A model generated the notes under the pieces. The model was not told the origin of the DNA and did not search any database. It worked only from the letters and a program-made list of their open reading frames with translations. DNA of 64,000 nt from assembly GCA_946965045.2 (NCBI GenBank), contig OX337241.1:992001-1056000 (forward strand). The letters are read 5' to 3'. Numbering within the stretch: position 1 is the stretch's first letter; each line of letters starts with the position of its first letter. The translations under genes were made by a program, and so were the position numbers. Below are positions 19,436 to 29,354 of this stretch, in pieces. The stretch comes from Epithemia pelagica. Its lineage: Eukaryota; Protista; Bacillariophyta.

Positions 19436-22400
19436 GAGTGCAGCTGACTCGCTGACCGCCAGCCAGCTGTGAAAAATTACCTCACAATACACAAACACCC
19501 AAATGACTCAAAAAGTAGCGCAATCGATAGCTCTTGGATAGAGCTATCCTAGGAAAAAATTTTTACAGAAAAATATTGATTAGTTGTGAAGTTACAAGCC
19601 CAAAACCACTTTCAAATCTGGCTCTTCAATTTCCGCAAAGTTGACTGACTGGCCATCGTGATAATAGCACGGTTCGGGCCAAAATAAATATTGTACGTGC
19701 AACAACATGTACATTACACACTTGTATTGCCTTCTGAGCGTGCCCCATCCACTTGTCTTGTTTTCACAAGCAGTAGAGCACGCTCCAACCACTGATCTTG
19801 TTTCCACTGTCCTCTTCCTGCGCAGTCATCACGGAAGAAGTACTTCACCAGGTCTATTAGAACAGGCTTGTGAGACTGCTTGATCGCCTCTTCTCCTTCA
19901 CCAAGAAGTTTTCTTAGCGCAGGAAGCAAGGTCTCTCGCTTGGTCTCAAGTTCTTCCTTCTGTTTTGGTACTTTGTCAGCTTTTGCTTGTTCTTTTTCAA
20001 CACGGCGCCGTTTGGTATCCTCCTGTTGTCGAATGACATCCTCCTGCACCGCTTCCAAAGCTTGTGCCAAGTCGAGATAGTCTCAAGGTTGGCCTCTCCA
20101 TTCACATTACGGGCATACGATTGAACATAGCCAGTTGCAACATCCAATCGGCGCTTGGCCATGCGCTTCTTTGCATTGGGTCCCATTGACTCCTTTAAAA
20201 GGTTGGACCTAACCATGTCTTTAACTGTCGGATTAAGCAGTCCTTTTTGGTCTTCAGTTATTTCCAAATCCAAATAACTTGAAGCCATGGCTCCTGATGC
20301 ACTGTTGGAATGGTAAACAGCTGCACATCTCTGGTAGCGTCGAAAGAGCTCCATCTTTAGCTCAAGATTTTTAGGATCCTTGGCAATCTTTGCCATCAGG
20401 TCTTTTGGCTTGAGACAAAAGCCATCATATTCTGTGATCTTTTTGTTTCCAATGGTTTGACCAACCAATGGATCCACAGGATCGGAACCTTCTGTGGAAG
20501 AAATTGGCTCCTCGAGGACTGTCTTGTCTTGCTTGTAAAATACCAGCAGCTGCACCATTTTGGCACCTCTTGTAGAGGAATATATTTTACCAGCTTGAGT
20601 AGGTTTGCATTTGTCCAGGATGTCGTCTTGTTGGTTGTTGCCACTTGAGTGATTTGATTCATCAGCTCCATCACAACTCTTCTTGTTGAGACACTGGCCG
20701 ATGTCCAACAAGCTGGCATTGCATCCCATAAACCATTCCTTTTATAGAAGAACTGCTGACCTGCATCCAGTTTTGATTCAAACTCCTTACGCCAAACAGA
20801 GAATGGCCGTCGATAATCAGGATGGAGATTAACTTTTTTGAATGATTCAATCCAAGCTTCGGGCTTGACATTACCCAGAGCTTTTAGAAGCACAGCAATC
20901 TGTTCCCACTGCGTAAGTATGCGTCCGGATGTTGATCGAACCACTTCCAGCAAGTGCCGATAGTTCAATTTATCAGACTTTGCAACCTGTTGGTCATATG
21001 GTTGATAGATGTGGGACGTATCTCCTTCTTCCTTTACCGACAAAATTTTATGGTCTGTAAAGATTTGGAAACACTCTGGAATCAAGTGGGACCCAAACCC
21101 ATCCATTGTGAGTACCATCCACCAATTGGGGTTGTCTCGAATAACAGGAAGAGCTCGAAGACTGGCACAAAGGTGCGGCACAATCTCCTTCCATGCCTCG
21201 TCTGTCATGTAAGCAGAGGGTGTCATGAATACTCGAGACCCAGCAGGTGCTTTGTGATACTTCGGGAGGTCGCGCATGGCTTTGTTTGATACGTCCTTCC
21301 CTTCTGCCAACACAATGAGAGGACCCGAGGTACCAGATGCAAGACCTGAGCGCAAGACAGTAATGGATCGACGTGAGTCTTGTACGATCTTTTCAACTTT
21401 CTTCGTTGATTGACTGGCCATCACTTTCATAATCCCATCACTCGCCATGAAACCAGATTCATCCAAATTGGCCACGAAGTGACTTGCAAATTGCTTGAAG
21501 AGCATTTTTGGAGTGTTTCTTTCCTCCTGAATTGCAAATGCATTATCCACAATGCTGTGCCATCGTAGTTGCTGTTCCACATGTACTTGAGTGCGCTTGG
21601 TGGTTGTTCCTTGGAACTTCTGCACTCGACCACCATTCTTAAGTCCAGGAAGCTTCTTGTGGTGTACAAGATAATTCAGATGATTTGACATGGCCTTATG
21701 GTTGTTGCTCCCAGTCAAAAGATGCAAGTACTATGAGATCACTTCTCCTCGTGTCATACCATTATTTGCCTTGTCACGAGCAATAATACAGTTGGAAAGG
21801 ACCTCCCTATCCTCATCAGTAGTGTAAAGGGAGGGCTTGCCATTAGTAGTTACTTCATCATAGAGGTCATCACAACCATCATTGAGGCATCCAGTCAAGC
21901 CACGTTCTCTTGCTTCTTTCACTTTCCTACGCAGTGTCCGGTCTGGAATAATAATGGTTTCATGTGCCTCGACTTCCTCACCTCGAAGAGCAGCATTAAC
22001 AAGTCTATGTAATTCTTTCTTCACTGCAGGATCATTGTAGCACAGTTGTTCTCTCTTCTTTTTGCTTGGTTTGACAGACTCAGCAGCAGTCGTGGTGGCA
22101 TTGGTCAATGCAGCAGTCGTGGTGGCATTGTCGGAGGACTGCTTTGTAATGAGTGGAATACATTTATCTTCCTTGGGAGGACGGCCTCGTGGAAGCTGAA
22201 ACCAGCCACGAATGTCACCGCGCTTCTTCAGAGCCTTCTGTTCTCCCCTGGTACGCGGAAAAACCTGATTCGGCGCCATGGCGTGAATTTTTCGTGGAGA
22301 GTGCTGGCTGAAAAATGAGGCATGTGCCGGGCTGGCCAGCACTGTTGGTCGCTCGAATTTCTCCAATCATGAAAAAAACACCGGATTCTGAGAGATCTCG

Positions 22401-22553
22401 ATGGGAGCATCACTTGTTGTACGAGTCATTTTTTCATTTGAGCATTTTTCAGAGAGGAAAAAATCTATAAAGTTTAACACGTTACTACCGTGGTGACCTG
22501 GCCAAATCCCAAACTGGCCACTTTTCAGCCTGGCCACGAATTCAGCCGCACTC
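19436..22553 (-). mobile_element. Tc1/mariner-superfamily pogo/Tc5-like DNA transposon
   Basis: TA target duplication (19434-35, 22554-55), imperfect TIRs GAGTGCAGCTGACTCG / GAGTGCGGCTGAATTCG, and a DDE_1-type transposase inside. Confidence 0.85.
19714..22366 (-). pseudogene. Disrupted pogo-type transposase
   Basis: AT-hook PRGRPPK, NLDESG, VLTMDGFGSH, YQPYDQQV. One in-frame TAG (21731-21733) and frameshifts near 20560 and 20075. Confidence 0.85.
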
Positions 22554-23001
22554 TAGAGCAAAGAGACCCGGCCCCGGGATTTTGCGGAGGTCAATTCTGT
22601 TTCTGTAGGTCAAATGTACACTAGGAAGAAGAAAACACTATCCCTACTGTCTCTTCAGCTTTTGTCGGCCGTCGGCCTGCAAAAGGTTGTCTTGACAGCC
22701 TCAAAGCTGAAACATCATTGAACCCGGATTTGATGCTCTATTTCCGGGTTTTTCGTGACGTGTCACGCTCGATTTTTGTTTGAAGATCAAGGAACGGCCT
22801 GAAATACAGGGAGCTGGGGTAATCCTGAGCAGCTCGCTGTCATTCCAGGCAAAGTCTGACTACAAAGCGGAACACGACCAGAACGCTTAATCGATGTACT
22901 ATAGCATAAACTATGAACATGGACAAATAGAGAACTAATAGAAAGATTTAGGCCCACCACCACCCGGTTTTTGCAACCGCCCCAAATCATACTACATTAA
23001 T

Positions 23002-24071
23002 TTACAGACGCACCATCTTGTGCTTCATGCCGCCTTCAAATTGTGCGTCCGGCTCATGTAGGGAAATCAACAACGCTCTGAATCCGTTTGTTGTGTCGTA
23101 CATAAATTCGTAGTCGAACCTGCTTTGGACCATGAAAGGAAGAGAAAGAGAAAACTTTGACCTGACAAAGTCTGTTTCTCTTTTTCGCATCTGATTCATG
23201 GCGTCTTCCAAAGCAAGTTTCATTCGTAGGTTTTTCTCCTCGACATGCCACTCTCTGGGCATGTGTTGGGTTAGATAATGGATATGAGTTGCGTTGTCAG
23301 GCCAAATTACCTTCACATGTACCTGTAGCTGGCTCGGATCCACTTCAATCAAGCAATTTGTTGTGTCTTCATGTGCAATACCTGTAGGCAACACCACCAA
23401 AATCACCAAATGACGCTGTTTCTTGTCGTCGACCCACTGTGTCAAGACATGAGGAGGCTCCCAATTCCTCATCATGTCATTACCACTGTCTTCTTCATTC
23501 GTCTTTTTCCTCTTTTGTTGTAGTTGTACCTGTAGTGTCTCCTGTAATGGCATGGATCCTGCCGCCCTTTTCTTCACCATAGCATCGTCACTGACAACAG
23601 ACTCAGGAGCGACCTTGGCAGCAACACCTGGTCATAAAAGACAATAAACCACAACAGGTAAGGACAGTGACTCAACAATCAAACAAACAGTGTACACTGG
23701 CACTTACCTTGTCCTTTGGACGACCCAAACAAAGAAGGAGCTGGTTTGAGATCTCCATCATTGGGGTTCCTTACCTTTCCATCCATAGATGGGGCCGTCT
23801 CACCACGACCCAACTCATGACCAGTCTCTCTCTCATGTTGATCCTTCAAGTGGACTTGGTATTTTCTTTTGGCTTTGTTGAGTGCCGACCTGAATGATTC
23901 CGATTTGTACTTTTGGAAAACAGCGTGTTCCAACCACACAGATTTGGGTGTGGCGCTCTCCAGAATCAAGCCTTCTGACACAATTTTGTCAAGGAATTCG
24001 GCATCTGTTGACTTTGAATTCCACGAAAGTAGGGCACCCTCGCCCAAAGTGTTGCGGCCAGACCTGGTCAT
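23002..24071 (-). CDS. Harbinger accessory protein (putative N-terminal helical DNA-binding domain), 2 exons (24071-23708, 23627-23002)
   Basis: A GT-AG intron at 23628-23707 joins SKGQ|GVAAK in frame. The ORF lies inside the TIRs, opposite the transposase, and has an N-terminal WNSKS...TPKSVW...FQKY...FRSAL motif. Confidence 0.75.
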
Positions 24072-24827
24072 CGGAGTATAGGTACTATTAGTACGTAAAA
24101 CAAAAGCGCGAGGGAGTGCAAAACCAGACTGGTCTGTTCGCACGAAAACTAATTATGACCCTAAAAACAGTTCACCAAAATCCGGACTGGGTCGGTTTTC
24201 ATCATGGACTCCATTTTTCAATCGAGGAGGCCATGCCCAATTTGGCTCCAATTCTGAAAGTAGTGCGACCCACGTATTGCCCTTACCTTGGGTCAACCGT
24301 GGGTCGTTCGTCCAAGTGAATTGGGCACTTATAAGGTGACCTGGGTCGGTTTTAAAAAAACAAGCTGGGTCGATTTTTTCGAGCCAGGTCGTTTTTTCAA
24401 AACCGACCCAGGACACTTTCTAGTGGTTCAAATGATATAATCAAGCGACCCACAGTTAACCCAAGATAAGGGCAATATGTGGGTCGCTTAAGATGTAGAA
24501 AGTAATAGGATGTTGGCGAGGTAGGGCCATTCAGAAATTCCAGTTTTTGAATGAAAACGATCTTTGAATCGATTTCTGCACCGTTCCAGGCCGGTTCCAA
24601 TGACCGGACACGAATTCGAATTGGTCACTATATGTAGAACAGTACAAAGTTTAGTGTCGCTGCTCAACTGACCAGCCAATCAAATGAACGTGATGAAATT
24701 CCAAAAAACTTGTTCCAATGAACTGACAGTACTACACACAGACAGACCGAGATCAGAGTAAAGGTGTGGTCAGCATCGCGACACACACTGAGCAAACATA
24801 AATTTTCCAAAGCGGTTTTCTCCCACC

Positions 24828-25766
24828 ATGTTGGTGACACAACAAATATTCATCAACTTGGCTCTGCCAATGCTTGGTAGAGCAAGACACTCACACTCAC
24901 TTGATTTCTCACGTGCTTTTCGTTCTTACTTTGGAATGTCTCCTTTGCTCTGTGTTCATGTGTGGGATGAACTGGACAGTTCATTGCCCAAAGGTGCATC
25001 GCCTCGTCATTTGTTGTGGACATTGGCTTTTCTGAAAGTCTATGCTACAGAGGATGTTATGGTCTCAATAGCCAAAACAACGAGGAAGACCTACAGGAAG
25101 TGGGTCAAAGTGTTTGTAAATTTGTTGTGTAGTGGTCTTAATTATGTAAGTACATGGCCCTACATGAATTTGCCATGAAGTCGTCCTCCTCATATCTGAC
25201 CATTGCTGTTGTTCTTATAACAGATTGTATGGGACAATAGGTTTGATTGTAGTGTACCTGGACAGGTCTGTTTCATTAGTTTGGATGGTACTGACTTCAG
25301 GATTTTGGAACCGTCACCTTTTGATCCAAAATGGTACTCGCACAAGTTTAAGGGAGCAGGTGTGAGGTATGAGGTGGGAATCTGCCTGAAAACTGGCTGG
25401 ATAGTGTGGTGGAATGGTGCATTCCCTTGTGGCGCTTGGCCAGACCTACGGATTGCCAGAGACTGGCTTGTTCAAGAGCTACTACCGAATGAGAAAGTGA
25501 TTGCTGATGGTGGTTACAACGATTCTGGATGCTACTTTGTCACACCTACTGGAAGAAATGACTATCAAGACAAGATGATGGCTGATGCCAGGGCGAGACA
25601 TGAAACTGTCAACAATTTACTGAAACATTACAATATCTTAAAGGAGAAATACAGAGGAGATCTGGATGGGCATCACAAGGTGTTTGGAGCAGTGGTGAAT
25701 CTGGTTCAGATGAAGATTGAAAATGGTGAGGCGAAAGTGTTTCAGATCGAAGTGGAAGATGACTAG
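24828..25766 (+). CDS. Harbinger/ISL2EU-type DDE transposase, 2 exons (24828-25145, 25224-25766)
   Basis: LDGTDF...WYSHKF...RYEVG...ADGGY...RARHETVN (DDE_Tnp_4-like). A GTAAGT...CAG intron at 25146-25223 gives an intact 286-aa protein. Confidence 0.9.
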
Positions 25767-26132
25767 CAGTACAAATATGTAGCGGTTATGAACCGGGTGG
25801 TGGTGGGTTTTAATAGTACTAGCAGTCAGTATATCATCTTTTGTCGCTAGAGTGTTCTTTATTCAGAAAAAGCGTTCGGTAACTCCTATAGGTCACAGTC
25901 AGTATCTGACTGGTAAGGTAGCGACCTGCTCAGGATTACCCCATCTCCCAGGACTACGGAGTACGGAGAGACAGAGACCGCCTCCTCCCAATTTTGATTT
26001 TCGCCCACGTTCCAAAATCGTTCCACTGCACCCACCTAGATCCGCTGCAAGGGACATTGGCCACGACCGCAACAGCAACAGCACAATTCTGGACCCACAA
26101 TTTATCACGGTCGATTCACAGAACTTGTCGCA

Positions 26133-28418
26133 ATGAAGAGAAATGCTTTTCCAGATAGAAGGGAGGCCTCTACCAACAACGACGGGAGAGAGGTTGGCGA
26201 GGACAATGACGAAACTGCCCCAGCTGAAAAACAACAAAAAGTAGACATAAGTAAGACTCGCCCAAACCTGAAAGCTGGTTCTCCGATTCCACCGGAGGAC
26301 GGCAAAACACTTGGTTACTACTTGAAAGACAATTGGTTCAGGACAGAAACGTCAGAAATACAGAAAAAAGCTTGTCGAAGTCAATCGATCGAATCCTTGA
26401 GATCTATTCCAGAATTTCGTCAAGGTGTACAAAAGTCGTTGAACATTGACGTGGACACTTTTTTGACAACAGGAACAGTATCTCCTTTGGATCTTTCCCC
26501 CAATGAATCCCACAGAGTGGCCGCCATCGACTTTGACATCAAAGACAGCGCAATGGTTTACAAGCGTGACTTCAATGCGTTCAAGGCTCGAGTGAAAGAA
26601 CTTTTCAACTGGAAAGACTCCTCCGCAAAACACGAGTACATGGCTCCGTACTTTCCGCTCATCCAATCGAGTGGAACTGGCAAGACCAAATTACTTCACG
26701 AATACAAAATGATGTGTGAAAACGACAATCAAAGCAACATTCACTGTGAACTCATTCTGTGCCATCATGGCGAAGGTGCAAACATGCCACTAGGCAGTGG
26801 CACTTTCTCAGTGACTCTGGACGTCAATACAATTGGAACCACCCAATATGGCCGAGAAATTCTATGGCAGAAGCTGGATGATTTTGTCAAGAAGGCAGAA
26901 AAGAAAAAGGTCGTACTGCTCTTTGACGAGTCCCAACACCTGATCAACAATGGTGATGGGTTTCATTTTCGAAGCATACGATGGTGGCTTCGAAAAGAAC
27001 GAAATGAACATATTGTTGGCGTGTTTGCGGGAACAAGCATGAGTTTGGCAAACTACTTTATGGAACCACCGCAGAATTCAAACTACTCAAGAGATGCAAG
27101 ATCAACATACAACTCAGGCAAAAAATTGTATGCTCCATTTTTTGAAATCACGACGACTGGGCTTCTTTCAATCACCGATGGTTTCAAAATTGATAATGAA
27201 TCTCCTACAGAGTTTCATGTTGCAGTCCAATATGGCAGGCCGTTGTTCGCTCGGATGCATCTAAAGGGAAAGCTAGACAATGCGCTGAAGGCAATCTTGC
27301 TTCGGATGAAAGGTGGGGCCAACAAGATTGAGGTGGAGAACGTTAATTCAGGTTTTTCAATTTTGGCAACGCGTCTTCAAATGGGCCAAGTTTTGTTTGA
27401 TCTTGCATCGAAACAAGTAGCTTCGGGGTATGCCCATCTCACTCATTTTGACCCGCAACAACCAGCTGTGGCGGATATTGCGTACCTTCCGGATCCGGTA
27501 TGCGCATGGCTTGCAATGTCACAAATGATCGAGAACTGCACGAGTTTTGGCCAGTTTTCTCAATCTCCTTCTTTCTGGTCCGAATTTGCCATCAAAATGT
27601 ATACGTCTGCATTGTGTCGTCCTGAAAAGGGGGATGTTGGTGAAGTCGCGGCTGCCTTTTATATGCTGGCTTGTGGAGACAAGTTACGATCGGAAAAATC
27701 GCCATATTTGTCACAGCTCTCTGTTCCACTCGAGAAATGGATCAAAAGACTACAAGGGAACGATGATGATTCATCTAGCGTTGATTGCACTGGAGAAGCA
27801 AGCGTCAATTTCATCCAAGTGTGTCGTAATTACTTGCGTCACAGCCTGAAAGAACTGCAGGAGAGTGGCCTTTTGGAGCACTGGTATCGAGGTGCAAGGG
27901 CGTCATATGCATATGCCTCTTGTCCAGCTTACGACCTGGTGATACCTGTGCGTTACAAACACAATAATGATTATTACTTCTGTCCCATGCTAGTGAGTGT
28001 AAAGAATCGACTATCGTACGCTGACGGGCAACGTCAGGGTGCAGTCAAGGCCATGGAAAAGGTGTTTGAGGATGCTGGCATCGAAACTGGGCTGTGTATT
28101 CTATTTCTGATTGGGCTCGACGTTCGATTGCAAAGCACCCGCCCTGGTATGAATTTTTCCCACGGTGCAATTTCTACATTAATAATCGAAGTGCCTGCCA
28201 ATGACCGTTTTGGAGCGACGAAGCTTGCTGTTTGTTCCACTTGTGGCGGAGGGGAAAAGTCGGAGGTAATGGCGTCTCATTCAGAGGTTGCATTGGGAAC
28301 TAGAAAATGCTTCGAGCGGTTACTGCGAAGCAAGACAAAGAAAACGATGCAATCGTCGGAGTTTTTGCAAGATATAACGAAGGGCTTCAAGGACACCTTG
28401 TCAGTAAATGACATCTAG
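26133..28418 (+). CDS. Crinkler-like P-loop NTPase with a putative C-terminal restriction-endonuclease-fold domain
   Basis: Intronless 761-aa ORF with Walker A QSSGTGKT, Walker B VLLFDE and C-terminal YDLVIP...LVSVKN (PD-(D/E)xK-like). Confidence 0.7.
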   Translation: MKRNAFPDRREASTNNDGREVGEDNDETAPAEKQQKVDISKTRPNLKAGSPIPPEDGKTLGYYLKDNWFRTETSEIQKKACRSQSIESLRSIPEFRQGVQKSLNIDVDTFLTTGTVSPLDLSPNESHRVAAIDFDIKDSAMVYKRDFNAFKARVKELFNWKDSSAKHEYMAPYFPLIQSSGTGKTKLLHEYKMMCENDNQSNIHCELILCHHGEGANMPLGSGTFSVTLDVNTIGTTQYGREILWQKLDDFVKKAEKKKVVLLFDESQHLINNGDGFHFRSIRWWLRKERNEHIVGVFAGTSMSLANYFMEPPQNSNYSRDARSTYNSGKKLYAPFFEITTTGLLSITDGFKIDNESPTEFHVAVQYGRPLFARMHLKGKLDNALKAILLRMKGGANKIEVENVNSGFSILATRLQMGQVLFDLASKQVASGYAHLTHFDPQQPAVADIAYLPDPVCAWLAMSQMIENCTSFGQFSQSPSFWSEFAIKMYTSALCRPEKGDVGEVAAAFYMLACGDKLRSEKSPYLSQLSVPLEKWIKRLQGNDDDSSSVDCTGEASVNFIQVCRNYLRHSLKELQESGLLEHWYRGARASYAYASCPAYDLVIPVRYKHNNDYYFCPMLVSVKNRLSYADGQRQGAVKAMEKVFEDAGIETGLCILFLIGLDVRLQSTRPGMNFSHGAISTLIIEVPANDRFGATKLAVCSTCGGGEKSEVMASHSEVALGTRKCFERLLRSKTKKTMQSSEFLQDITKGFKDTLSVNDI

Positions 28419-28471
28419 ATCCTTCTCTGTGGTGCCACGCTCCACATCAATTGAGTCCACGATGTGACGCA

Positions 28472-29045
28472 GACGAAAAAGACTGGGAAGGGAAGGCAAT
28501 GATGAGGCATATACAAAACCCAAAACCAGCAAGGAAACCGCACCTACATGAAAGGATTCCAACAGGATCCTTGTGCTCGTTCGCGTCTTTGCCACAAGCA
28601 ACGGTCGGTGTCCTGTCAATCTGGAGATAGAAAAATAGCGTACTGCAGAAACTAGGTATGAGCCACTACTGCAAGAACGATATTGCGGAAACCGGATCCA
28701 AAGTTGTATCGCCCTTCATCGTGCTTCATTCAGTAGAAACGTCGCGGAGAGGGCAAAGACAAAGGAAGCCGCCATCAGGGCAAGAATCCATGTTGTTTTC
28801 CAGACGCATATCAATTGCAACTCCAGTATATTGTCTTCTGTCGTTTACTCCGCTTCTCTCGATATCGATACATTTGTAGAGAGACGAGAACCAGTCCATG
28901 GTGTTCACAATTTGTCTTGGAATGTACAACATAATATGGCAAGAATCCAAGTGTTGGGGACGAGAGAGTTCCCTGCCCATGTCCAGTCCCCCAACCATTC
29001 GGAAGGACATTCTGTCGTCAGGCGTGTTGGTTCCGAGTGCTCGGT
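28472..29045. repeat. Dispersed ~550-bp repeat, copy 2
   Basis: Direct-orientation homologue of 18869-19407. Confidence 0.9.
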
Positions 29046-29354
29046 CTGACAATTGCCCATCCGTTGAGGTACAGAATCATTTAGGCCTCGTTCGTGCGAA
29101 TCTACTTGGGCAAAGCAAAACAATCGCACCCAAAGCGCTTCCAAGAAGTTTCCGCACTAAGTCCTTCACAGGCCGGTTCACGGTTCACCCAACCAAAGAA
29201 CGAGACCGAGTACAATAGTGGTGCATCGTTCAGAGTCATCATCTTTTTTGGGTCTCTTTCTCTCTTCGCCATCCCAAGAAAGAGGATTGACCACCCTCTA
29301 CCATACTAGCTAGGTACTCGGTTCTTCTCTCGAAGAGGCCATTCATGAATCACC

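Larger units (their letters stand above)
22951..25809. mobile_element. PIF/Harbinger (ISL2EU-related) DNA transposon with two divergent ORFs
   Basis: TTA target duplication (22948-50, 25810-12) and ~30-bp TIRs with core CCCACCACCACCCGGTT...AACCGC (22951-22980, 25782-25809). Confidence 0.9.
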
